Source: Candidatus Parcubacteria bacterium
GTDB lineage: Bacteria; Patescibacteriota; Patescibacteriia; Magasanikbacterales; UBA922
Assembly (NCBI GenBank): GCA_018646705.1
Contig: JABGUG010000009.1
Span: 1 to 54,756 of the forward strand
Reading direction: 5' to 3'
DNA: 54,756 nucleotides
Part shown: positions 9,099-17,347 of the stretch, piece by piece
How positions within the stretch are numbered: position 1 is the first letter of the stretch
Layout of the letters: every line of letters starts with the position of its first letter
The notes under the pieces: model-generated
Seen by the model: only the letters and a program-made list of their open reading frames with translations
Database searches by the model: none
Told to the model about the DNA's origin: nothing
Translations under genes and position numbers: made by a program

Positions 9099-9299
9099 TT
9101 GAAAATCGAAGTGGGGGAAGCACTCTCCAAGATCGAAAGGGCCAACCGTATGTGGAGGAAGACGTTTTCAGTGAGGCGCATGTGTGCACCCAGTGAGGTG
9201 CTACCTGCTATGGAGTCGGCCGAGGCGGGTCGTCTCATTGTGGAAATCCTCGCGATCTCCTGTCTCTCGGTCTTCTCGGTTCTGTCAGTCCTGATCTAG
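9099..9299 (+). CDS. GC-rich islet A: ORF or gene fragment with a hydrophobic C-terminal tail; no credible start signal
   Basis: Hand-counted GC by codon position in this frame is about 35/67, 29/67 and 46/67 (GC3>GC1>GC2), which is coding-like. The C-terminus LIVEILAISCLSVFSVLSVLI is TM-like. The only start at the AT/GC boundary is TTG and there is no SD. An orphan AGGAGG follows the stop. Confidence 0.3.
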   Translation: MKIEVGEALSKIERANRMWRKTFSVRRMCAPSEVLPAMESAEAGRLIVEILAISCLSVFSVLSVLI

Positions 9300-9372
9300 G
9301 TCTAGGAGGGGTTATCTGACCTAATAATAGAGATTTGCTTCCCACCCTCCGCTTTGGTTTTTAATTGCATCT

Positions 9373-9936
9373 ATGGGAAAAATTCGTACGTTTATAGCGT
9401 TTCGTGTTTCAGATGAAGTAAAGGGAGAATTGAAGCATGTGCAAGATGAACTTCAAAAGAAAAATAAGAAAGCGCATGTCATGTGGTCAAAATCTCGTGG
9501 GTTTCATGTTACAGTTCAGTTTCTAGGAGAGATAGAAGAATTTGAAATCGAACAGGTAAAAGAAGCGCTTCTCGATATTGCAAATACCCATCATGCGTTT
9601 AAATATTGGATTGATAGACTTGATGGGTTTCCAAATCCTGTACATCCAAAAATTATTACCATGAGATGTGAAGAAGAAAAGCATGCCGGAGATGCAATTA
9701 ATAAAGACTTTGTAAAAAAATTAAAAGAATTGAATTTAGTACATGATGACAAGCCATGGAAACCACATATTACACTTGGACGCAATCGTGGTGATGCGCT
9801 TATACAAGGTTTTGATACGATTAAATTTGAAAAAAAGACATGGTTAGTTGATACTATAGAACTTATTAAAAGTGATCCAAAGCCAGGTGGTTCTGGATAT
9901 ACTATTTTGGAAAGTTTTGAACTTAAAAAAATATGA
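9373..9936 (+). CDS. thpR: RNA 2',3'-cyclic phosphodiesterase (2H family, LigT/ThpR)
   Basis: Two H-x-T motifs (FHVTVQF and PHITLGR) at the expected spacing. 187 aa. Confidence 0.85.
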   Translation: MGKIRTFIAFRVSDEVKGELKHVQDELQKKNKKAHVMWSKSRGFHVTVQFLGEIEEFEIEQVKEALLDIANTHHAFKYWIDRLDGFPNPVHPKIITMRCEEEKHAGDAINKDFVKKLKELNLVHDDKPWKPHITLGRNRGDALIQGFDTIKFEKKTWLVDTIELIKSDPKPGGSGYTILESFELKKI

Positions 9937-10688
9937 AGATACTCGGAGTTGAAATAGACAATGTTACAAAAACAGAAGCTCTTGGTAGAGTTGAAAATTT
10001 TTTAGAATCAAAAACACAACATAAAATTTTTACTCCAAATCCAGAAATGCTTGTTGACGCAAGACGAGATCATTATTTTAAAAAAGCATTAAATTCAGGA
10101 GAGCTTAATATTCCAGACGGATTTGGTTTGTCTCTTGTATCTTTTGGAAAAGTAAAAAGAATGGCAGGGGTAGATTTTATGAAAGATATATGTAAACTAG
10201 CTGAACAAAAAAAGTACTCAGTTTATTTTCTTGGGAGCGGGAGTAAGGAAGTGGTAGAAAATTTGAAAAATAATATACAAAAACAATTTCCAGATTTAAA
10301 AATAAAAGGAGTTCATACAGGTCATGAGGTAAAAACTTTGAAGGTTGACGAAAAAATACAGCTCGTACTTGATAAAGAAAAAAATAATGACTTAATTGCA
10401 GATATAGTAATGCATGCGCCAGATATTTTGTTTGTAGCATTTGGACATGGTAAGCAAGAGAAGTGGGTATATGAATATTTGAGAGATTTGCCAAGTGTAA
10501 AAATGGCAATGGGGGTTGGTGGGGCATTTGATTTTCTTTCAGGTAATAAAAAACGCGCTCCAAAATGGATGCGTAAAATGGGACTTGAATGGTTTTATAG
10601 ATTAGTGAATGAACCAAGTAGGTTTAGACGAATTTGGAAAGCGACAGTAATATTTTTATATTATTCAATTTTTAAAAAAGCTCATTAA
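9933..10688 (+). CDS. WecB/TagA/CpsF family glycosyltransferase
   Basis: 251 aa with an N-terminus of the type MKILGVEIDNVTKTEAL..IFTPNPEMLV and a C-terminal WFYRL..EP.R..R pattern. Its ATGA start overlaps the thpR stop. Confidence 0.8.
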   Translation: MKILGVEIDNVTKTEALGRVENFLESKTQHKIFTPNPEMLVDARRDHYFKKALNSGELNIPDGFGLSLVSFGKVKRMAGVDFMKDICKLAEQKKYSVYFLGSGSKEVVENLKNNIQKQFPDLKIKGVHTGHEVKTLKVDEKIQLVLDKEKNNDLIADIVMHAPDILFVAFGHGKQEKWVYEYLRDLPSVKMAMGVGGAFDFLSGNKKRAPKWMRKMGLEWFYRLVNEPSRFRRIWKATVIFLYYSIFKKAH

Positions 10689-10720
10689 AAACGAATGCCA
10701 CCGAACCTAAGTTCGGCGGC
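10686..10720 (-). terminator. rho-independent terminator of the islet B transcript
   Basis: On the minus strand: GCCGCCGAAC-TTAG-GTTCGGTGGC followed by ATTCGTTTTT. The T-run overlaps the stop codon of the convergent tagA-like gene. Confidence 0.75.
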
Positions 10721-10763
10721 GGTCTGCCTGAATGCATTGTGCGCATGGCGGCTCTCCTTGTGT

Positions 10764-11009
10764 CTAGGGCCTGGGCTCGATGGTCACGCTGACGATCTGG
10801 TTGAAGGGGAGAGACCTCCCACTTCCACGGAAGTAGACCATCTCTTTTTTCGCGTCCACACCGTCGATCGTGCCGAGTTGGCACTGGCGCTGTCGGTTGC
10901 CTTTCAGCTCGATCGTGACCTGACGTCGTGGAAAGGGCATTGCCCCATCTTTTCGACGTGACTCCTTACGAAGGGTCTCGATTCCGCTGTCGGTGACTTC
11001 ATGGGGCAT
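10764..11009 (-). CDS. GC-rich islet B: 81-aa hypothetical protein
   Basis: AAGGAG lies 8 nt upstream of ATG 11009. GC by codon position is about 49/81, 36/81 and 56/81 (hand count). The sequence is MPHEVTDSGIETLRKESRRKDGAMPFPRRQVTIELKGNRQRQCQLGTIDGVDAKKEMVYFRGSGRSLPFNQIVSVTIEPRP. It has its own terminator. Confidence 0.6.
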   Translation of the reverse strand: MPHEVTDSGIETLRKESRRKDGAMPFPRRQVTIELKGNRQRQCQLGTIDGVDAKKEMVYFRGSGRSLPFNQIVSVTIEPRP

Positions 11010-11096
11010 TGGTGACACTCCTTGTCTCGTCCACGAAAAATGGGACGCAATACACCTTAACAAATAATTAATCATTTTGCAAATTTATTAAAGTAT

Positions 11097-11861
11097 ATGT
11101 TATCACAAAAAATTCAAAAACATCTCAAACAACTCCAACAAAAAAAGTTTCGTAAAGAGTTTGAAGAGTTTATTGTTGAAGGAGTAAAAGGAGTTGAAGA
11201 GGGTCTTAATTCTGATGCTGACGTAGCTTTACTTGTAGTAGAAGGAAACAGAAGGGATGAAAATGATATTGCAGAACTTATTACTCTGGCAGAAAAAAGT
11301 GAAATACCTGTGGAATTTTGTGGTCGCAAAGATGTCGACGACATAAAGACTACAGACACTTTTCCTGGAGTTCTTGCAGTAATTGGTCAAGAGCAACTTG
11401 ATCTCGAGGATGTGGTGGAAGGTCCTATCATTTGCCTAGATGAAGTAAAAGATCCAGGAAATCTTGGAACAATTATTCGTACTGCAGATTGGTTTGGTAT
11501 AAAAAATATTGTACTTAGTGAGAAATGTGTTGATGTATACAATCCAAAAGTAGTAAGAAGTACTATGGGCTCTATTTTCCATGTAAATATTTTGCGTTCT
11601 GAAAATATCTCAAAGACGCTGGAAAGATTAAAAAAAGAATTTGAATATGAAGTAAATGCCCTTGATATGGAAGGTAAAGACATTACTAAATTGAAACCAA
11701 AAAACAAAGCAGTATATCTATTTGGAAGTGAGTCTCATGGTGTTTCAGATGCCCTTGAAGAGCTAATAGATAACCGTTATACTATATCAGGGTCTGGAGA
11801 TGCAGAATCGCTTAATTTGGCTATTTCTGCAGGGATTTTAATGTCACGATTGTCATCCTGA
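11097..11861 (+). CDS. TrmH/SpoU family RNA 2'-O-methyltransferase
   Basis: SpoU motifs NLGTIIRTADWFG, FGSESHGVS and LNLAISAGILM. The last two codons and the stop (TCA TCC TGA) come from the Rep-B arm. Confidence 0.85.
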   Translation: MLSQKIQKHLKQLQQKKFRKEFEEFIVEGVKGVEEGLNSDADVALLVVEGNRRDENDIAELITLAEKSEIPVEFCGRKDVDDIKTTDTFPGVLAVIGQEQLDLEDVVEGPIICLDEVKDPGNLGTIIRTADWFGIKNIVLSEKCVDVYNPKVVRSTMGSIFHVNILRSENISKTLERLKKEFEYEVNALDMEGKDITKLKPKNKAVYLFGSESHGVSDALEELIDNRYTISGSGDAESLNLAISAGILMSRLSS

Positions 11862-11973
11862 ATCCCGTAGAGGGTGAAGGATCTTTCCGAAGATGAAATT
11901 TACTTAAGTCAACAATCAATAATCTATAATTGAACGAGGTAGGAGAGATTCTTCGCTTCGCTCAGAATGACAG
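11850..11973. repeat. Rep-B locus (two inverted arms around an AT-rich spacer)
   Basis: Left arm TTGTCATCCTGAATCCCGTAGAGGGTGAAGGATCTTTCC. The right arm GGTAGGAGAGATTCTTCGCTTCGCTCAGAATGACAG is the reverse complement of GTCATTCTGAGCGAAGCGAAGAATCTCTCC. Confidence 0.85.
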
Positions 11974-11979
11974 ACACTT

Positions 11980-13488
11980 ATGATTAAAACACGCTTCGCA
12001 CCATCACCAACAGGTTTCCTACATGTTGGAGCACTTCGCTCAGCACTTTATGCTTATTTATTTGCCAAGAAAAATGGCGGAACTTTTTTACTTCGTATTG
12101 AGGATACTGATCGTGAACGATTTGTGGAGGGTGCAGTTGAAAATATGGTCAGTGCGTTACATTGGTCTGGTATCACGATTGACGAAGGTGTAGATATGGA
12201 AGAAGGGACAGGTCTAGACCTGTCCGTGACAAACGGTAAAATTATCCAAAAAGGCAATAATGGTCCCTATATTCAGTCAGAGCGTTTAGAAATTTACAAA
12301 AAATATATTGACCAACTCATAGAGCAAGGCGATGCATATTATTGTTTTTGTACAAAAGATAGACTGAAGGAAGTTCGTGAATATCAGGAACTCAACAAAC
12401 TTCCTACTGGATATGATGGACATTGTCGCGATCTAGATGTAAATGAAGCAAAAAGACGCGTTGAAGCAGGAGAAGAATATGTGGTTCGAATGAAAATGCA
12501 AAAAGAAGGTATAACTATTGTAGAAGATATGGTTCGTGGAAAAGTTGAATTCCAAAACCAACTTATTGATGACCAGGTAATCTTAAAGGCTGACGGGTTT
12601 CCAACTTACCACATGGCTGTCGTGGTAGATGATCATGAAATGGGAATTACCCATGTGATTCGTGGTGAAGAGTGGCTTCCGTCAACTCCAAAACACATTG
12701 CACTTTATAATATGCTTGGATGGGAACTTCCTAAGTTTGCACATTTATCAATGTTAGTAAATGAACAAAAACAAAAGCTTAGTAAACGTCATGGGGATGT
12801 GTCAGTAGAAGACTTCAAAGAAAAAGGATATCTACCAGAAGCAATGGTTAATTTCATCGCATTTCTTGGTTGGAATCCTGGTGGTGAAAAAGAAATATTT
12901 AGTTTAAGTGAATTAGAAAAAGAATTTGATTTTGCAAAAGTTCACAAACCTGCCGCAGTGTTTAATCGCGAAAAATTAGATTGGTACAATCGTGAATATA
13001 TCAAGGGTATGGATACATCAGAATTGCTTAAACTTTGTATGCCTTTTTTTATAAACGCAGGATTGCTCGAAGATGTACAAGAAAAGAATGATACTTGGCT
13101 TATGAATGTGATTGATCTTGAAAAGGAGAGAGCTTCAACACTTATGGAATTGGTAGATGGACTTAGCTTTATTTTTGCAAAAAAACTTGCCTATGATTCA
13201 GAGTTACTCGTTTGGAAAAAGTCTACGAGTGAAGAATCAAAAGAAAGACTTCAATTACTTTTGGAATTTTTGCAAAACATAGAAGAAGGGGATTGGTCAA
13301 AGGGAAATCTCGAAGAAGTTGTCTTTTCTTGGATAAAAGAGAAGGGTTTTGGAAATGGCGATATATTATGGCCTATGCGCGTATCTTTGAGTGGACAAAA
13401 GAACTCTCCAGGACCTTTTGAAATCGCGACTGTTCTTGGAAAAGAGGAATCTCTAACAAGAATTAAAAAAGCTATCGAACTTATTTAG
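11980..13488 (+). CDS. gltX: glutamate--tRNA ligase
   Basis: PSPTGFLHVGALRSALY (HIGH region) and KLSKRHG (KMSKS region). 502 aa. Has an extra ~20-aa segment (VDMEEGTGLDLSVTNGKIIQKGNN) ahead of GPYIQSER. Confidence 0.92.
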   Translation: MIKTRFAPSPTGFLHVGALRSALYAYLFAKKNGGTFLLRIEDTDRERFVEGAVENMVSALHWSGITIDEGVDMEEGTGLDLSVTNGKIIQKGNNGPYIQSERLEIYKKYIDQLIEQGDAYYCFCTKDRLKEVREYQELNKLPTGYDGHCRDLDVNEAKRRVEAGEEYVVRMKMQKEGITIVEDMVRGKVEFQNQLIDDQVILKADGFPTYHMAVVVDDHEMGITHVIRGEEWLPSTPKHIALYNMLGWELPKFAHLSMLVNEQKQKLSKRHGDVSVEDFKEKGYLPEAMVNFIAFLGWNPGGEKEIFSLSELEKEFDFAKVHKPAAVFNREKLDWYNREYIKGMDTSELLKLCMPFFINAGLLEDVQEKNDTWLMNVIDLEKERASTLMELVDGLSFIFAKKLAYDSELLVWKKSTSEESKERLQLLLEFLQNIEEGDWSKGNLEEVVFSWIKEKGFGNGDILWPMRVSLSGQKNSPGPFEIATVLGKEESLTRIKKAIELI

Positions 13489-13507
13489 CTTGTGGTATAC
13501 TAAGACC

Positions 13508-14749
13508 ATGAAAAAGAAGATATACCTTCTCATAATTTTAATAATTGGTATAGGATTGTTCACACAACCCTTTTTTGTGTTTTCGCAAGACCAGGGTGGA
13601 AATAAACAAGAAATTGATACTTTAAATAATAAGATTTCTGAAAAGAAAGAAAAAATTAAACAACTTGAAGAGAGTATTAAACAATATAAGAAAAAAGTAG
13701 AAATAAAACGTGGTGAAGCAGTTTCTCTTTCAAACCAACTCGCAATACTTGATAACTATTTAGTTCAAATTGAACTAGATATTGAGATGACAGAAGAAAA
13801 ATTAGAAACATTAACCCTTGAGATAGAAGGATTAGGATTATCTATTGAAGAAAAAGAAGGTATTATAGATCGTCAGAGAGATATTTTGGGTGAGCTTATC
13901 AGAGTTATTTATTATGAAAATAATAAGAAGTATATCGAAGTGGTAGCAGCTTATGATAGTTTTTCTGATTTTTACAATCGCGTGCACTATGTGAAGAGCT
14001 TAGAGCGTGATCTTGGTAAAAGTGCAAAAACTGTCCGACTTGCAAAAGAAGAATTGGAAGATAAGAAAGTACAAACAGAAGAGCGTCAAAAAAGCTATGA
14101 AGATTTGAAAGAAAAACTTGATAATCGTAAGGAAGATTATGGAGAGCAGGCTGATTACAAACAAGATTTACTTTTCCAAACGCATTCATCAGAAATGCAG
14201 TACAAAACGCTTCTTGCAAATTTGCGTGGACAATATAGTGCAATAGAAAATGAGATTACGAGCATTGAGCAGGAAGTTCGTCGTAAATTAGCTCAGCAGG
14301 ATCGCTTTTCTGGAGTTATTGATACCACACAACTTTCATGGCCTTCACAAAGTCGTTATGTGACAGCTTATTTTTATGACAAAAATTATCCATATAAACA
14401 TATTTTTGAACACAATGCCATAGATATTCGTGCGGCTCACGGAACCGTCATCAGGGCCGCTGCATCAGGCTACGTGGCTCGTGCACGCACATGTGGAACG
14501 TCAAGTTGTTATGCATATGCGATGATAGTTCATTCAGGTGGCTTATCTACCGTGTACGGTCATTTGAGTCAGATAAGTGTTAGCGCTGATCAGTTTGTTA
14601 CACGTGGAGATATTATTGGATATTCTGGTGGAACTCCGGGAACGATTGGTGCAGGTCCATTTACTACTGGAGCTCATCTTCACTTTGAAGTCCGTAAAAA
14701 TGGTATTCCAGTAAATCCACTTAGTTATTTGGTAAAAGATTGGGAATAA
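13508..14749 (+). CDS. M23 family metallopeptidase with an N-terminal coiled coil (EnvC-like)
   Basis: Signal/TM MKKKIYLLIILIIGIGLF, a long coiled coil, and a LytM domain (HNAIDI.., GAHLHFEVRKNG). ATG 13508 is preferred over the track's TTG at 13490. Confidence 0.85.
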   Translation: MKKKIYLLIILIIGIGLFTQPFFVFSQDQGGNKQEIDTLNNKISEKKEKIKQLEESIKQYKKKVEIKRGEAVSLSNQLAILDNYLVQIELDIEMTEEKLETLTLEIEGLGLSIEEKEGIIDRQRDILGELIRVIYYENNKKYIEVVAAYDSFSDFYNRVHYVKSLERDLGKSAKTVRLAKEELEDKKVQTEERQKSYEDLKEKLDNRKEDYGEQADYKQDLLFQTHSSEMQYKTLLANLRGQYSAIENEITSIEQEVRRKLAQQDRFSGVIDTTQLSWPSQSRYVTAYFYDKNYPYKHIFEHNAIDIRAAHGTVIRAAASGYVARARTCGTSSCYAYAMIVHSGGLSTVYGHLSQISVSADQFVTRGDIIGYSGGTPGTIGAGPFTTGAHLHFEVRKNGIPVNPLSYLVKDWE

Positions 14750-14750
14750 T

Positions 14751-15818
14751 ATGTATAAAAAAATTATATTTTTAGTTATTATCTTTTGTCTAGGTTTAGG
14801 ATTTGGGATTTTTATATTTGGTAATAAAGGATTTAATGATTATGAAACAATTGATATAACAAAGACAAATTATTTGGGAAGTACGCACGAAGGAAATTTT
14901 GTATGGGGTGGTGCTATGAATTTAGCTTGGAATGAAATGTCAGAAAATATAATCAAAGAAAAAGAAATTAGAATGGCCACACAAGACCCGATAGCATTAT
15001 ATATGATTAAGTCTTTTAATACTCAATTTTTTAATAAAAATAACCTTGATTCAAAAAGTTATTATATAAAGAGTGGTTTTGGACAGAATACTGTTGACTT
15101 GATAAATAAAGAATCAAAACAAAAATTTCCTGAGAAAACATTTAAAGATTTAAAAATTGAATTGCAGAAAGAAGATTTCATAGTTTATTCATATTTTCTC
15201 AAAGAAGTTGAATACCCAGATCAATTCAAAGAACGTACAGTTTCTTTTTTAGAAAATAAAGTAAAAGGTTTTTACGCAGGATCTGATCAATATAAAAATG
15301 TTTTAGTATATGATTATATAAATGATGATAAGTTTACAATTAAATTAGCCTTGAAAGATGAAGAAGATGAGTTATTTATTTTAAAAGGTTATCAAGATAA
15401 AATACCAGAAAAGCTTGTTGATCATATTAATAAATTAAAAAATTCTTCCGACAATCCTAGATCTATCAACAATGTTGATTCTTTTGAAATGCCTAAGATC
15501 TCTTTTGAATTTAGAAGAGATTATGAAGAACTTATAGATAAGTTTTTTCTAAATGAAGGATTTGAGAATCATTATATATCGGAGATGTTTGAAAATATTA
15601 AATTTAAACTTGATCATAAGGGTGCCCGTGTAGAGAATGAGGCGGTAATAGTAGGTATGTTTGCTACGGCGGGTCCTGGTTCTCGGGAGCCCAAACCAAG
15701 ACATTTTATTTTAGATAAACCATTTTGGATTGTTATGAAACGTCAAGATAGTCAGATCCCTTATTTCATTTTAGGTATTAATAATACAGAAATGATGGAT
15801 AAGACTTTTGGATTATGA
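14751..15818 (+). CDS. serpin-like protein (divergent)
   Basis: N-terminal TM or signal. The C-terminal pattern KGARVENEAVIVGMFATAG..PRHFILDKPFWIVMKRQDSQIPYFILGINN resembles a serpin hinge/reactive loop plus the F..D.PF.F.I...ILF.G signature. The N-terminal half is not recognisably serpin by eye. Confidence 0.5.
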   Translation: MYKKIIFLVIIFCLGLGFGIFIFGNKGFNDYETIDITKTNYLGSTHEGNFVWGGAMNLAWNEMSENIIKEKEIRMATQDPIALYMIKSFNTQFFNKNNLDSKSYYIKSGFGQNTVDLINKESKQKFPEKTFKDLKIELQKEDFIVYSYFLKEVEYPDQFKERTVSFLENKVKGFYAGSDQYKNVLVYDYINDDKFTIKLALKDEEDELFILKGYQDKIPEKLVDHINKLKNSSDNPRSINNVDSFEMPKISFEFRRDYEELIDKFFLNEGFENHYISEMFENIKFKLDHKGARVENEAVIVGMFATAGPGSREPKPRHFILDKPFWIVMKRQDSQIPYFILGINNTEMMDKTFGL

Positions 15819-16327
15819 AACACTATTCTGACAACATAATATTTTTTGACACTGAATTTACTCACCTTGATGTCAACAAAGGTGAGCTTTTGTCTATAGG
15901 TTTGCTCAAACAGAGTGGGGAAGAGCTCTATCTTGAACTTGAATATGAAGGAAAAGAAGTCCATCCATGGGTAGAGGATCATGTATTACCATTCTTGATT
16001 GGAGAAAAAATAAAAAAAGAAGATGCACGCATGAAACTATGGGAGTTTGTTGGTGAAGATAAGCCATACCTCATGGCGTATGTAAATCAGTTTGATGCAA
16101 TATATTGGTACAGACTTTTTGCTGATCCAAAGGATCATCCAGCGTTTTGGATTCCAATTGATTTTGCCTCAATACTTTTTGCACATGGACGTGATCCAGA
16201 GGAGATGAGGAAAGATAGCTTTTTTGAAGAGCTAGGACTTGATAGAACAAAATATGATCATCACAATGCACTCGAAGACGCAAAGATGCTCAAGGATGCT
16301 TATAATGAATTTGTAAAGATAATTTAA
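15815..16327 (+). CDS. DEDDh-type 3'-5' exonuclease
   Basis: FFDTEFT (Exo I) and HHNALEDAKM (Exo III, H-x4-D). 170 aa. Confidence 0.7.
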   Translation: MKHYSDNIIFFDTEFTHLDVNKGELLSIGLLKQSGEELYLELEYEGKEVHPWVEDHVLPFLIGEKIKKEDARMKLWEFVGEDKPYLMAYVNQFDAIYWYRLFADPKDHPAFWIPIDFASILFAHGRDPEEMRKDSFFEELGLDRTKYDHHNALEDAKMLKDAYNEFVKII

Positions 16328-16329
16328 TT

Positions 16330-16803
16330 ATGATATCGACAGTAATATCAGATTTGGGAGGGGTCTTACTTTTTTCTAAAGATAAAAGTTACAAAGGTAA
16401 GTTAAATCCTGTATATAAAGAAGAATTAAAAAAAGAAGGTTTTGATTTCTTTAACTTTTTTGAATTAAATAACGAGTTATTGGAGTACTATGCCTCGTTA
16501 AAAGAAAAAGGAGTAAAGCTTTATATAATAACAGAAGGGATCATACAAAATGATCCTAAAATTAAAGATGATCTATATAAAGTTTTTGATAAGATTTATT
16601 CCTCAGGTGAAATAGGCTTAACTAAAAAAGAAGTAGGGCTATACGAAGGTATCTTACAAGGGTTGGGGATTGAGCCTTCTGATGCTATGTATATAGATGA
16701 TAACAGAGATAATCTAGGAGCAGCTCAGGAGCTCGGTATTAAAACTATATTATTTAAAAATACAGAAGGTCTTAAAGAAGAAATTCAAAATAGCCATATT
16801 TAG
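16330..16803 (+). CDS. HAD superfamily hydrolase
   Basis: N-terminal ISDLGGVLL and C-terminal YIDDNRDNLGAAQELGI. Confidence 0.7.
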   Translation: MISTVISDLGGVLLFSKDKSYKGKLNPVYKEELKKEGFDFFNFFELNNELLEYYASLKEKGVKLYIITEGIIQNDPKIKDDLYKVFDKIYSSGEIGLTKKEVGLYEGILQGLGIEPSDAMYIDDNRDNLGAAQELGIKTILFKNTEGLKEEIQNSHI

Positions 16804-17048
16804 CAAGTGTCGCACAATATTAGAGCAGTGGATTGAGTTGAAGAGAGTAGGGGGTAAGGAAAGTAAATAATGTGTGGATGAAATATATAATTAATTTGAA
16901 ATTAAAAATTTATAATTTGAAATTTCTTTCATATTATTACAAATGTAATTTTAAATTTAATAATTCAAAATAAACAAGTTTACTATCGCAAATCATTAAA
17001 AAAATGATACAAGAACAAGAGGGAGTTTAAAAGTATACAAAAAATAAC

Positions 17049-17071
17049 AACCAGCATGGCGCTGGTTTTTT
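17049..17071 (+). terminator. rho-independent terminator inside the long non-coding gap
   Basis: AACCAGC-ATGGC-GCTGGTT followed by TTTT. It lies 250 nt downstream of the nearest + strand gene. Confidence 0.55.
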
Positions 17072-17347
17072 CGTGGCGAACTTTTTATAAAAAAGATGGG
17101 TGCTAGTACACCCCCTTGTTTTGAGACCCTATTTTGTAGTGTCGCAAAATGAAGGGATAGGGGAGCTATTAGCCCAAAATAGAGTAGTTGTATTTATATA
17201 ATATTTTAAACATAAATACATACTTAAGGGGTAATATCTATATATAATATATACAAAAAAATATATAAATTAATATATATTTAAAATAGATTTTTTATTT
17301 AAAAAGAGATAATAGGTAACCTAAGTATTAAGAAGTCTCCCTAGGTA

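Noticed and set aside
9008-9238. Minus-strand ORF across islet A (MRRPASADSIAGSTSLGAHMRL..), which has a GAGGA 8 nt upstream
   Set aside because: It shares its wobble position with the + frame but has the inverted pattern GC2>GC1. It also runs out of the GC-rich segment into the clpB promoter, so it is more likely an antisense shadow frame.
9095-9345. Islet A as a structured RNA gene (tmRNA, RNase P RNA, SRP RNA, 6S)
   Set aside because: A closing helix (GGGAAGCA/TGCTTCCC) and a GGGGGAAGC..ATCGAAAGGG start loosely recall tmRNA. However, I found no T-arm/CCA-type 3' end, no tag reading frame, no GAGGAAAGUCC/ACAGAACCCGG RNase P pair in the right order, and no SRP GGAA/AGCA motif. The segment also shows a three-base G+C periodicity typical of coding DNA. 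The hypothesis is kept only as something an Rfam scan should exclude.
10672-10961. Other ORFs in islet B: the + strand 88-aa ORF (10695-10961), the - strand 70-aa ORF (10672-10884), and a 24-codon mini-ORF (10746-10672) with AAGGAG 7 nt upstream
   Set aside because: The first two are alternative-frame or antisense shadows of the SD-led 81-aa ORF, as is common in GC-rich DNA. The mini-ORF has a good SD but reads straight through the terminator hairpin into the neighbouring gene, so it is left uncalled.
13490-13507. TTG start for the M23 peptidase (MWYTKT..)
   Set aside because: The ATG at 13508 gives a standard signal or TM start (MKKKIYLLIIL). The TTG would overlap the gltX stop region and has no support.
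16873-16881. The long AT-rich gap 16804-17412 as oriC (DnaA-box-like TGTGGATGA here; a perfect TTATCCACA at 30419-30427)
   Set aside because: There is only one degenerate box in the gap and one isolated perfect box 13 kb away at the end of the pbp2 gene. There is no dnaA or dnaN nearby, and the flanking genes converge where an origin would have them diverge. A terminus or dif reading fits better.
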